DNA from: a virus
IMG/VR virus record: IMGVR_UViG_3300025131_000005
Strand: one strand, 5' to 3'
DNA: 64,000 nucleotides
The translations under genes and the position numbers were made by a program. Positions 40,409 through 48,586 of this stretch are shown one piece after another (position 1 is the first letter of the stretch; each line of letters opens with the position of its first letter). The notes beneath the pieces were generated by a model. The model worked only from the letters and a program-made list of their open reading frames with translations. It searched no databases and was not told where the DNA came from.

Positions 40409-40488
40409 GGGGGAGTATCCGCTCTGTCTTATAAGCAGTTGAAACGGTAAATGGTTACACGCGGGTTCGATCCCCGTCTCCCCTACCA
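40409..40488 (+). tRNA. Atypical (D-armless) tRNA-Ile(TAT)-like gene
   Basis: 7-bp acceptor GGGGGAG/CTCCCCT plus ACCA, T-arm GCGGG-TTCGATC-CCCGT, anticodon loop CT-TAT-AA. Only about 8 nt lie where the D-arm should be, with a 21-nt extra region. Confidence 0.7.
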
Positions 40489-40502
40489 AATTAAGAACAC
40501 AT

Positions 40503-40724
40503 ATGTCGAAAAGCCAGGAAAAATATCTACAAGAACTTGCAAAGTATAGTGATGTGATCCTAAATACGAGCACTACATACGTGAAAAAATCATTACCAAG
40601 TGAAAAGATTAAGATCTTGGAAGTGCAAGAAGGGGTTGTGGTTCTGGAGAATGTACGGACTGGCAATATCTTCACTAAGACAACTCATTGGTGCAGAAAG
40701 AATCTCGTTCCGAGCGGAGAATAA
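40503..40724 (+). CDS. Hypothetical protein
   Basis: 73-aa ORF after the tRNA-like element. Confidence 0.45.
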   Translation: MSKSQEKYLQELAKYSDVILNTSTTYVKKSLPSEKIKILEVQEGVVVLENVRTGNIFTKTTHWCRKNLVPSGE

Positions 40725-40728
40725 AGAT

Positions 40729-41130
40729 ATGGGAAAATATTTTGATACAATAATTTTAAGCGGGGGTTTTGATCCAGTGGAGCAGAAACACCTAAATATG
40801 TTTAGGTCCGCTTCCCAGCTAGCTTGCAAGGTAGTGGTCGGGCTCAATTCTGACGAGTGGCTACAAAAGCACAAGGGGGCACTCAACACTCCTTTCCTTG
40901 CGCGTAAGGAAGCCCTAGAAGCTCTAGAAAATGTACACGAGGTTCTATCTTTTGATGATAGCGATGGAACAGCACAGGCTCTCATAAGTAGCTTAGATGC
41001 AGCGTACCCCACTCACGATTTGGCGTTTGGTAACGGGGGCAACCGCAAGATACAGAATACCCCAGAAGTAGAAATTTGTCAGAAGCTTGGCATTGCTCAA
41101 GTGTGGGGTGTGGGGAATTGTTTTGATTAG
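40729..41130 (+). CDS. Cytidylyltransferase-like (HIGH superfamily) protein with an altered HxGH
   Basis: IILSGGFDP, VVVGLNSDEWL and FGNGGNR motifs; HxGH replaced by EQKH. Confidence 0.7.
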   Translation: MGKYFDTIILSGGFDPVEQKHLNMFRSASQLACKVVVGLNSDEWLQKHKGALNTPFLARKEALEALENVHEVLSFDDSDGTAQALISSLDAAYPTHDLAFGNGGNRKIQNTPEVEICQKLGIAQVWGVGNCFD

Positions 41131-41375
41131 GAGGAACTATGTTTGAAATGTTTGAAGGAACATCGATGTTATTTGCCTTGTTAGGTATCAATATATTTAT
41201 GTTATATATGGTTAGGCACGTGATAAGGGATAACAAAGATGAATGAAGAAGACCTAGAGATTGATATTGAAGATATTGATCTGGCAGACTTAGATTTGCT
41301 GATTGACGATGATTGGATAAGTAGCATCGAAGGTACAGGCAGCATTCAGATCGATTTGGATTATTTGGATTGAAG

Positions 41376-41576
41376 ATGAAAGTTGGTGACTTAGTTAAAG
41401 ATATTTATTCTCATGTTTTGGGATTGATAATCGACATCCAAGAAAAACCAACTGGCGCGGATATTTATACAAAAGCGCATATTCTATGGGTCGACCCAGG
41501 GGATGAAATGAAACTTACCACTCCACGAAGTTGGCGAAGGGAAATGCAAATAGAGACCATCAATGAAGCAGGGTGA
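41376..41576 (+). CDS. MKVGDLV-family small beta-barrel protein
   Basis: MKVGDLV start; overlapped ETINEAG end. Confidence 0.7.
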   Translation: MKVGDLVKDIYSHVLGLIIDIQEKPTGADIYTKAHILWVDPGDEMKLTTPRSWRREMQIETINEAG

Positions 41577-41838
41577 TTTAGTAAGATGTATCTGGTGTCC
41601 TTTTACAGACGGAGGAACACCAACAGATCATCCTCTTTTTGCTCGAAGTCCAGAGTGGGAGGGAACATATAAATTAACGCGACCTATTAAAAATGAGTTA
41701 GGAATAATTCTATGCGTCGATCCATATCCTCACAATGATTTTACTACAAACAAAGGTAAAAAGATACACATTTGTTTTTTTAACGGAGTCCGATGGGCTC
41801 TCTATAAAGAACAACTCACATTGCTTAATGCATCTTAA
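41563..41838 (+). CDS. MKVGDLV-family protein with an insertion
   Basis: MKQGDLV start; 14-nt overlap with the previous gene. Confidence 0.65.
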   Translation: MKQGDLVRCIWCPFTDGGTPTDHPLFARSPEWEGTYKLTRPIKNELGIILCVDPYPHNDFTTNKGKKIHICFFNGVRWALYKEQLTLLNAS

Positions 41839-41864
41839 AAAGATTAAAAACTATTTATATTATT

Positions 41865-42599
41865 ATGAAACTTCTACTTGAAAACTGGCGAAAGTATCTC
41901 TCAGAATCAAAGGCAGAGATAAATAATGAGCTTTCAGAGATAGCATTTAACACGATGTCTGCGATGTCTGTGTTTCGCGACGACGGCAACCTCTCAGAAG
42001 CGGAAGCAGCGGATCTCCAATATCTTGCAAGCAATGCTGCGAATCCAGATGCAGAAGTTGTTGATAGATTTTATGACTCATTATACGGTGGAAAGCGAGC
42101 CGGTTTCCTCTCCGCTTATTCGCGTGACGAGTTGGCTAGAATGGATTTATATCTCTTAGACGGACACAACGCAGGCTTCGCCATTAAGGATGGTGACGAT
42201 ATTGTTAGCGTCCACAATAACTCTGAGCTAAGAGGTTTGGGAAGCGAATTTATGAGAAAAGCCAAAGAGGTTGGAGGCGCAAGACTAGATCATTTTGATG
42301 GTTTTTTGAGTGGCTTGTATAGAAAATACGGCTTCAATAATGTGTATGAAGTATATCAGTGGGATGAAAAATATAAACCTGCAAAATGGAACTATGACGA
42401 GGTAGACATTTTGAATCCACAAAATAGTATATATGCAGACGCACTTGACGATATGATGTACGAAGATCCTGGTGCTCTCCCAAATGAAGAAGTCGACATC
42501 AAAGCTGAAAGCGGACTGGATATTGACATTAACCCGAAATTAAAATATAATAGTTACAAATATGGACGCCCTGATGTAATCATGAGAAAACTATCTTAA
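41865..42599 (+). CDS. Protein with an MKLLLENWRKYLSE leader and a GNAT-like domain
   Basis: AGFAIK...IVSVHN...RGLGSEFM...GGARLDHFDGFLSGLYRKYGF resembles a GNAT fold. Confidence 0.5.
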   Translation: MKLLLENWRKYLSESKAEINNELSEIAFNTMSAMSVFRDDGNLSEAEAADLQYLASNAANPDAEVVDRFYDSLYGGKRAGFLSAYSRDELARMDLYLLDGHNAGFAIKDGDDIVSVHNNSELRGLGSEFMRKAKEVGGARLDHFDGFLSGLYRKYGFNNVYEVYQWDEKYKPAKWNYDEVDILNPQNSIYADALDDMMYEDPGALPNEEVDIKAESGLDIDINPKLKYNSYKYGRPDVIMRKLS

Positions 42600-42618
42600 T
42601 TTTAAATTCGGAGAAACA

Positions 42619-42837
42619 ATGAAGAAAGAAATACTTTATAAAGTACATGAAGGCTGTTATTTTAAGAAAGAAGAACTCACAGCCATGTGGTCGGAGAAAT
42701 ACAGTGATCCTAAGTTGGATCAAGAATGTTATTTGGTAAGAGTGATGCTCAAAAATAATTCTACTATATTAACTATCGCACATTCTCCCTCTAAGGAAGA
42801 GGCAGACAAGACGATTAAAGAAATAAATAAGACTTGA
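42619..42837 (+). CDS. Hypothetical protein
   Basis: GGAG SD; 72 aa. Confidence 0.5.
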   Translation: MKKEILYKVHEGCYFKKEELTAMWSEKYSDPKLDQECYLVRVMLKNNSTILTIAHSPSKEEADKTIKEINKT

Positions 42838-42868
42838 CTCTTTAGCAAAAAATATTTATAATAGAAGA

Positions 42869-43069
42869 ATGGAAAAAGGAATTTTAAAAGTAGGGGATTT
42901 GGTAAAATCCAAATGGTGTACTGATTACAATGAAAATGATTACGGAATTGTTAAGTGTGTATCAAAATCCAAGTCCCATGGCTATGTAGCGGTAGCGTGG
43001 ACTGATGATTTTTTTAGTGAGTGGCAAGCTGAAGGATCTTTGGATCTAATAAGCGATGGAACATCTTAA
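42869..43069 (+). CDS. MKVGDLV-family protein
   Basis: LKVGDLVKSK...GIV...VAW pattern. Confidence 0.65.
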   Translation: MEKGILKVGDLVKSKWCTDYNENDYGIVKCVSKSKSHGYVAVAWTDDFFSEWQAEGSLDLISDGTS

Positions 43070-43359
43070 TGAAAAGCGAGACCTTAAAGTTAGCTTGGTT
43101 TCTTATTGCTTATATTTTTAATTTTGGTGATGCTATCTTTACAATGTATGCTATATCTATGGGGGCAACCGAGTTAAATCCTGTTATGGCATATGCTCTA
43201 GACATCGATCCTGTATTTTTTCTATGCGTAAAGGTATTGGTTTTTGCATTGGCGCTCGAATATATTGTGCGGAGGGCACCGAGGCTATTGATTTACACTG
43301 CTATTCTCTATACTTTTGTAATGGGTTGGCATCTATCTTTTTGGATGGGGATTTGGTAA
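43069..43359 (+). CDS. Small multi-pass membrane protein
   Basis: Three hydrophobic segments; DAIFT...GATELNP motif. Confidence 0.6.
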   Translation: MKSETLKLAWFLIAYIFNFGDAIFTMYAISMGATELNPVMAYALDIDPVFFLCVKVLVFALALEYIVRRAPRLLIYTAILYTFVMGWHLSFWMGIW

Positions 43360-43593
43360 ATGAAAATCGGTGACTTGATCAAGGTAGCTTTTTGCCCCCC
43401 TCCTGAGAGCAGCTTTTATAACTGCGGGTGCTTTTTCTGCTCTAACAAGAGCAATCGTATGGGGATAATCAAAAAGATACAGCAATCGGAGACGTCTGCT
43501 GCAAAGGCGTATACCGTTCAGTTCGATATAGGCGAGTGGATAGTCTTTGAAGAAGAAATGGAGCTAGTAAGCGTCTTAAATGAGAGTGAGTAG
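43360..43593 (+). CDS. MKVGDLV-family protein with a Cys cluster
   Basis: MKIGDLI start; CGCFFC insertion. Confidence 0.65.
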   Translation: MKIGDLIKVAFCPPPESSFYNCGCFFCSNKSNRMGIIKKIQQSETSAAKAYTVQFDIGEWIVFEEEMELVSVLNESE

Positions 43594-43602
43594 ATATTTT
43601 CC

Positions 43603-43630
43603 TTGACTTCGCTCAAGCGGTTCTTACAGT
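43603..43630 (+). promoter_or_regulatory. Repeated early-type promoter, copy 1
   Basis: TTGACT-16 nt (ending GTTCT)-TACAGT. Confidence 0.65.
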
Positions 43631-43636
43631 ATATAC

Positions 43637-43852
43637 ATGCAAAAGAAAAGTCCACAACTTGGTGACTTGGTGATGTTCGATGAGTACAACAATAGCCTTA
43701 ACACACCTTGGCAGCATCAACTTGGCATCATTACTGAGATGCGACCGCACAAGCGATGTGTGGTACGTTGGCCCGATGGCGGCACCAGTATGCCTGAACT
43801 GCGAATTTTAGATATCCTAAATGAATGTGAGGGAGCGAGCAAGAACAAATGA
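43637..43852 (+). CDS. MKVGDLV-family protein
   Basis: PQLGDLV...LGII...VVRW. Confidence 0.6.
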   Translation: MQKKSPQLGDLVMFDEYNNSLNTPWQHQLGIITEMRPHKRCVVRWPDGGTSMPELRILDILNECEGASKNK

Positions 43853-44121
43853 GTTCAAAAAATACAAAGAAACCATGGTTTCTTTATGTAGTACGGTGTA
43901 GCGATGATACATTTTATACGGGAGTGACAAGTAATATTGACCGTCGTGTTAACGAGCACAACCATTCATCCAATGGAGCAAAATATACAAAGACACGAAG
44001 ACCGGTTCAGTTAATTTACTGGAGAGATTTCAAGGATCGATCGGCAGCACAAAAAGCTGAATATAAGTTTAAGAAATTAACTCGATGCCAAAAAGAGAAA
44101 ATCATAAATGAATATCTATAA
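43849..44121 (+). CDS. Stand-alone GIY-YIG nuclease (UPF0213-like)
   Basis: WFLYVVRCSDDTFYTGVT...RRVNEHN...GAKYTKTRRPV. Confidence 0.9.
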   Translation: MSSKNTKKPWFLYVVRCSDDTFYTGVTSNIDRRVNEHNHSSNGAKYTKTRRPVQLIYWRDFKDRSAAQKAEYKFKKLTRCQKEKIINEYL

Positions 44122-44320
44122 AGTATTAACAGTTAGTTTGTTTCTCATAACTCTTCTTCTGATATATAATGGTTACGAGAAGAAGCGAGCGCTGGACTCT
44201 TGTATAAACGATGTTACGCAAAAATGTTCAGGTTTATTTTCCTATGCTTCTGCGCTGGAAGAAGAGAATGCCAGACTGAACAAGCTCATTCGAGATTGTA
44301 GAGCTAATGAAAGCAGGTGA
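44108..44320 (+). CDS. Small membrane-anchored coiled-coil protein
   Basis: N-terminal transmembrane segment; its C-terminus (NESR) is formed by the array junction. Confidence 0.55.
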   Translation: MNIYKVLTVSLFLITLLLIYNGYEKKRALDSCINDVTQKCSGLFSYASALEEENARLNKLIRDCRANESR

Positions 44321-44510
44321 TCTAGTGAGGATCAATCGTCCAAGCTCCGAGATGACCCACGGATCCCTTGGTTTAATAATTGAATTATGTGCGCCAGGTG
44401 CTCATCACCAAAATGATTTGTGGAGAATCCTGCTTTGTGATAATACAAAAAGGACATCTCAATTGCTTTTTGTAGCCCAGAACTTGGTGATAGTCAGTGA
44501 AAGTAGGTGA
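44307..44510 (+). CDS. Array A member
   Basis: MKAGDLV...VSESR. Confidence 0.7.
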   Translation: MKAGDLVRINRPSSEMTHGSLGLIIELCAPGAHHQNDLWRILLCDNTKRTSQLLFVAQNLVIVSESR

Positions 44511-44664
44511 TTTGGTCAAATGTAAAGATGACCGTAACTTATATTTTGGCTATGGTATGATTTTGGAAGCTGAATCTCGTATGATTCTTGTCCGCTGGTT
44601 TGAAGATAATAACGAAGAATGGGTTTGGAAAATTAGTTTAGAGGTAGTCAGTGAAAGTAGGTGA
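44497..44664 (+). CDS. Array A member (55 aa, not in the ORF track)
   Basis: GTG start; VKVGDLVKCKDD...LVRWFE...LEVVSESR. Confidence 0.7.
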   Translation: MKVGDLVKCKDDRNLYFGYGMILEAESRMILVRWFEDNNEEWVWKISLEVVSESR

Positions 44665-44833
44665 TTTAATTAGAGATAGAGACTATCCAGATGATTGCCC
44701 AGGCATAATCGTTCGTATAGATGATCGAAGAAAATCAAGACCGTATATTGTTTTGTGTTCCGATGGAGTTTGTAGGTCATTTCCGAAGCGCTACGTTGAA
44801 ACCGATTGCGAAATTGTAAGTGAAAATAGGTGA
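44651..44833 (+). CDS. Array A member
   Basis: MKVGDLI...EIVSENR. Confidence 0.7.
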   Translation: MKVGDLIRDRDYPDDCPGIIVRIDDRRKSRPYIVLCSDGVCRSFPKRYVETDCEIVSENR

Positions 44834-45023
44834 CCTAGTGTCCATACGACCTATTTTTGGTCGCCCCCTTGACAAAACCATCGGCGTTGTTATACTTGAA
44901 GCAGAATACGAGGGATATAAGGGACCTAAACCGATGAGGACGTTTTGCATTCAGTGGTTTGCAGACAGACCGCAGCAATGGTGGGACGAAGACGATTTGG
45001 AGATTGTAAGTGAAAGTCGGTGA
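44820..45023 (+). CDS. Array A member
   Basis: MKIGDLV...EIVSESR. Confidence 0.7.
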   Translation: MKIGDLVSIRPIFGRPLDKTIGVVILEAEYEGYKGPKPMRTFCIQWFADRPQQWWDEDDLEIVSESR

Positions 45024-45186
45024 TTTGGTTCAAATTTTACCTGCTCGCATCAGTCACTATATTATAGTTGATAGATGCGTTGATCAACAATACGGTACTC
45101 CGCAATGGATTCTCTATTCGTTGGATGATACAGGAGGAATAACAATGTCCGAGTCATGGATCGAGGTTGTCAGTGAAAGTCGGTGA
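45010..45186 (+). CDS. Array A member (58 aa, not in the ORF track)
   Basis: VKVGDLVQILPAR...WIEVVSESR. Confidence 0.7.
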   Translation: MKVGDLVQILPARISHYIIVDRCVDQQYGTPQWILYSLDDTGGITMSESWIEVVSESR

Positions 45187-45373
45187 TTTGGTTAGAGATA
45201 ACGGAGATAATGATTTGGGTCTTGTCGTGAGCGAGGTTCGTTCTTATGATTTGGATGGAGAAGAGGGCGCAGAGTATGTCTGGGTCCAATGGAGCGAGTA
45301 CGAAAACCCACAAAGAATGGCGCTGAAAGCAATAGTCGACGGCTGGGTTGAGGTAATCAGTGAAAGTCGGTGA
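45173..45373 (+). CDS. Array A member
   Basis: VKVGDLVRD...EVISESR. Confidence 0.7.
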   Translation: MKVGDLVRDNGDNDLGLVVSEVRSYDLDGEEGAEYVWVQWSEYENPQRMALKAIVDGWVEVISESR

Positions 45374-45569
45374 TTTAGTTCGTTTTTCAAAACATAATAT
45401 GTATAACAAAAAGTTAGACATTAAATGGGGCTTGGGCTTGGTTACCGAGGTATATAGCGACCATGGTCGTGATAATGACGATCATGATGTGGAAGTTTGG
45501 TGGGCTAAGGTTGGTACTTCGCGAACGATAGCAGAAGATGTCATGGAGATAGTTAATGAAGCTCGGTGA
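45360..45569 (+). CDS. Array A member
   Basis: MKVGDLVRF...EIVNEAR. Confidence 0.7.
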   Translation: MKVGDLVRFSKHNMYNKKLDIKWGLGLVTEVYSDHGRDNDDHDVEVWWAKVGTSRTIAEDVMEIVNEAR

Positions 45570-45738
45570 TTTAGTGGGGTTCGGTGATCGCACAGGCATC
45601 ATCGTCGAGGATCATACAATGTGGTGTACCTACGCCAATGATGAGCCATATCTAATGGGTGCAATGGTGGTTTATATTGAGGGTCGGCTTCGACGTGTGG
45701 TATATAAGAATCTGAGGCTGCTTAATGAAAGTCGGTGA
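45556..45738 (+). CDS. Array A member
   Basis: MKLGDLV...LLNESR. Confidence 0.7.
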   Translation: MKLGDLVGFGDRTGIIVEDHTMWCTYANDEPYLMGAMVVYIEGRLRRVVYKNLRLLNESR

Positions 45739-45931
45739 TTTAGTTCAATATCATGCTCGTGAAGAAGAGGAGGACACACTAGGCATTATTATAAAAGAAG
45801 AAGTTCAGCGAAACTATCTTGGAGAGCCAAAATTTTTTGTTGAGGTTCACTGGTTCGACAATGATGAAACAACTTATGAACACGCTGATATCCTTCTTGA
45901 TCCGGCTGAAGAGTGGATATGGGTAATATAA
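45725..45931 (+). CDS. Array A member
   Basis: MKVGDLVQY...VEVHW. Confidence 0.7.
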   Translation: MKVGDLVQYHAREEEEDTLGIIIKEEVQRNYLGEPKFFVEVHWFDNDETTYEHADILLDPAEEWIWVI

Positions 45932-46092
45932 TGAAAGTCGGTGATTTGATTGAATGCCCCGCAGGAATTGGGTTGATAACTGACGCCAATACTGTCAAAC
46001 AAGGTGGATATGTTTTTGTGCATTTTCTCGGTGGATGGGGCAATGTCGTTGTCTATTGTAATACATTGAAGGTGATAAGTGAAAGTCGGTGA
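45931..46092 (+). CDS. Array A member (53 aa, not in the ORF track)
   Basis: MKVGDLIECPAG...LKVISESR. Confidence 0.7.
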   Translation: MKVGDLIECPAGIGLITDANTVKQGGYVFVHFLGGWGNVVVYCNTLKVISESR

Positions 46093-46123
46093 TTTGGTAA
46101 AACCTGTACCATGTTACCCTTGA
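46079..46123 (+). pseudogene. Truncated array unit (VKVGDLVKPVPCYP*)
   Basis: Complete junction, then a stop after 14 codons that overlaps the next promoter's -35 box. Confidence 0.65.
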
Positions 46124-46147
46124 CTTTCCGAATACCGTACCTATAGT
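46120..46147 (+). promoter_or_regulatory. Repeated early-type promoter, copy 2
   Basis: TTGACT-16 nt-TATAGT. Confidence 0.7.
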
Positions 46148-46181
46148 TAGAGCGTAACTGCTTACAAAAGGAGACAAGAAG

Positions 46182-46991
46182 ATGGTCTGGATGAAAGATC
46201 CAAAAACCGGCCGGAGCAAGAGAACGGTTCATTGTGGCTGGTGCTATGAAACAGGACACAACCGTGCGAGCTGCCCCCACTTAGGGGAAGCCATGAAGAA
46301 AAGAGTCGAGGATCTTAAAAAGCAAATTGAAAGAGGCGTGTTCGAGAATTCTTATTGGGATGAATCGAAGGCCAGATATGAGATAGACCGCGTAGAAAAA
46401 AGATATGGTAGAGGCAAAACGCGCAAGAAAAGTACGTGTTCTTATTGTGAAGATGAAGGGCACAATAGAAGGTCATGCGAATTTCGTAAGAGTGATGTGC
46501 GTGCAGACGTTCAGAAAACCTTGTCGGCACGCAAAGAAATCGCGACCCGATTAGACCTTTCGGGATTTGGTCCCGGTGCTCTCGTCATTATCCATAAAAA
46601 ATGGGGTGACGAGCCAGGAGAACAGCCTGCTTTGGTGGACAGTATCAATTTTGTTGCCATTACTCATGAAAATGTTTTCGGTGGCAATCATGATTTTACA
46701 AGATTAGCAATTGCTAGAGGGTTCCCTACAGAGGATTACCCAAAAGGGCGAACCTATCCAATTTCACTGCCTTTAGATGTAGTTGATATTCATAATCGCG
46801 CAACCAAGGCAAAACTTCACTGCTATACACAGTTTGATGCTTATGAATTGGTATCTCCTGTTAATGTCTCAGTCCCAGATGAGTTTTTAACTCTAGAGGG
46901 TTGTTCAAGGGGTGTTCGTTTGTCGGGCAAGTTTGAAGGGCGACGACCTCTCGAATATAGCAATCCGCACTATCCACCAGAGGAGGAATAA
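46182..46991 (+). CDS. Protein with two CCHC-type zinc knuckles
   Basis: CGWCYETGHNRASC and CSYCEDEGHNRRSC. Confidence 0.7.
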   Translation: MVWMKDPKTGRSKRTVHCGWCYETGHNRASCPHLGEAMKKRVEDLKKQIERGVFENSYWDESKARYEIDRVEKRYGRGKTRKKSTCSYCEDEGHNRRSCEFRKSDVRADVQKTLSARKEIATRLDLSGFGPGALVIIHKKWGDEPGEQPALVDSINFVAITHENVFGGNHDFTRLAIARGFPTEDYPKGRTYPISLPLDVVDIHNRATKAKLHCYTQFDAYELVSPVNVSVPDEFLTLEGCSRGVRLSGKFEGRRPLEYSNPHYPPEEE

Positions 46992-46993
46992 TA

Positions 46994-47254
46994 ATGACTT
47001 TGAAAGAAGCACATAAGCTACAACCTGGCGCAATCGTTAGGGAATCTTGGGGGCATGCCTGGAATCAAGGGCTTGTCTTGGCTAAAACATATGTGAAGGA
47101 AACTCATAGAGCCAAGATGCTATGCCAAATGAAAGAGGAACGCTATGATGTTGTGGTTCATTGGCTAAAAGGTCCGAGGACAGGAGCCAGGGAGACAAAT
47201 CCAAACACCTATCAAAATTGGGAACTGATGCTTCTTTCTCATTATGTCCCTTGA
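46994..47254 (+). CDS. Hypothetical protein (possible distant beta-barrel family member)
   Basis: GAGGAGG SD; LQPGAIVRE...GLVL...VVHW. Confidence 0.5.
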   Translation: MTLKEAHKLQPGAIVRESWGHAWNQGLVLAKTYVKETHRAKMLCQMKEERYDVVVHWLKGPRTGARETNPNTYQNWELMLLSHYVP

Positions 47255-47311
47255 CTTTGGAAAATCCGTCCCTATGGTATGGGCGTACCCTACTAACGAA
47301 GGAAAAGCAAA

Positions 47312-47686
47312 ATGGGTTATCGTTCAGAAGTAGTCTTCGCAGTTTCAGAAGAAGTGATTCCCGCTTTGATGTGTTTGTTCGCAAAGAAGCCAGAGGTGCA
47401 GAAGCTTTGCACTGTTGATTCAGAGCTAGATACTGACTACCAAGATGGTTGGCTAATGCGCTGGGACTATATCAAGTGGTACGAATCCGACACTGTGATA
47501 AATGATCTTGCGAGTTTCATCGAGGCTTTAGAATCTGATGACTTGTCTGATTATGGGTTAGATGACGACACGGACGGATGGTATCAACGGTTTAAGTTTA
47601 TCCGCATAGGCGAAGATTATGATGATGTGGAGTCTAAGGGATGCGGATTTGACGACATCCAATTGAACCGAGCAATTTCATATTAA
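47312..47686 (+). CDS. Hypothetical phage protein
   Basis: MGYRSEV...WDYIKWY...FIRIGEDYDD is a recurrent phage pattern. Confidence 0.55.
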   Translation: MGYRSEVVFAVSEEVIPALMCLFAKKPEVQKLCTVDSELDTDYQDGWLMRWDYIKWYESDTVINDLASFIEALESDDLSDYGLDDDTDGWYQRFKFIRIGEDYDDVESKGCGFDDIQLNRAISY

Positions 47687-47689
47687 ATA

Positions 47690-47717
47690 TTGACTTTAGG
47701 TAATCCGTGCTTATAGT
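47690..47717 (+). promoter_or_regulatory. Repeated early-type promoter, copy 3
   Basis: TTGACT-16 nt-TATAGT. Confidence 0.7.
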
Positions 47718-47741
47718 TATATTGTGGGAGGATCATATTCA

Positions 47742-48353
47742 ATGATACAGACTGAAAACGATAATTTTATCTCTAGGGTTAAGAAGCTTATAGATTCTCC
47801 TCATCTTTCGGATTGGGAGGAAGGCTTTTTGAGTTCTCTGAAGACCTCACTTGATAAATGGGGCAGACTAACAGCCCGACAGCATTCAGTATTGCAATCT
47901 ATTGAAAGCAAGAATGATCCTGCCCATGTGGCTGCTCGGAAGGCATGGGCAGAAAATTTCACTGATGAAATGCGTGAAAAGCTTGTGATTGCTGCTCGCT
48001 ACTACACACAGAATCCTCCTTACTTTGCAGATGCAGCGGAAAGAATTCTTTCCGATGATAAATACATGCCATCTCAAAAACTATATACCAAGATGGTTGA
48101 GAACAAATATGTCAACCGCGTCATCGCGAACATCGAATCTGAACCAACTTACCCAGCAGGTTCAATGGCTTGCGTCAGAGCAACTGCTAGCGGCTATCTG
48201 GGACGTTTGCGGAACAAATTGGTAATGGTAGTCGAATACCCTGACAAGTTGCCTCGTGCGGCCAAAGGTGCCAAACCTGTAGTGATTCTCCCGGTAGGTT
48301 CAACCGAGATGATTGAAACCGAAGAACGTTGGCTTAAACGTGCGAGTGTGTGA
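47742..48353 (+). CDS. Hypothetical protein
   Basis: GGAGG SD; 203 aa. Confidence 0.55.
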   Translation: MIQTENDNFISRVKKLIDSPHLSDWEEGFLSSLKTSLDKWGRLTARQHSVLQSIESKNDPAHVAARKAWAENFTDEMREKLVIAARYYTQNPPYFADAAERILSDDKYMPSQKLYTKMVENKYVNRVIANIESEPTYPAGSMACVRATASGYLGRLRNKLVMVVEYPDKLPRAAKGAKPVVILPVGSTEMIETEERWLKRASV

Positions 48354-48546
48354 TGAAAAAAGTATTTCAGTCCCTTGCAGGAATGGCATATGAATTGTTT
48401 GCACCCTTTGCTATTCTCTATTTAATATGCACCCTAATATGGGATCACCATCACATTACCAGAATGTGGTTTCACTTGCAGAGTTGGCTAGCTTCCGTGC
48501 TATGTGTGCTTTAACTCGTTGAAATAATTAAAAAATATATTTTTTC

Positions 48547-48574
48547 TTTACTCATGAGATACTGTTCCTACAGT
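48547..48574 (+). promoter_or_regulatory. Repeated early-type promoter, copy 4 (tRNA-Leu)
   Basis: TTTACT-16 nt (ending GTTCC)-TACAGT. Confidence 0.65.
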
Positions 48575-48586
48575 ATAGGAGATTAA

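Larger units (their letters stand above)
44307..46123 (+). repeat. Array A: 10 chained MKVGDLV mini-genes plus a terminal 14-codon stub
   Basis: Starts at 44307, 44497, 44651, 44820, 45010, 45173, 45360, 45556, 45725 and 45931, stub at 46079; junction consensus GAGRTNRTNA-RTGAAAGTCGGTGAYTT. Confidence 0.85.

Noticed and set aside
43849-44121. Mobile homing endonuclease
   Set aside because: At 90 aa it is only the GIY-YIG catalytic domain, with no DNA-binding extension and no interrupted host gene.
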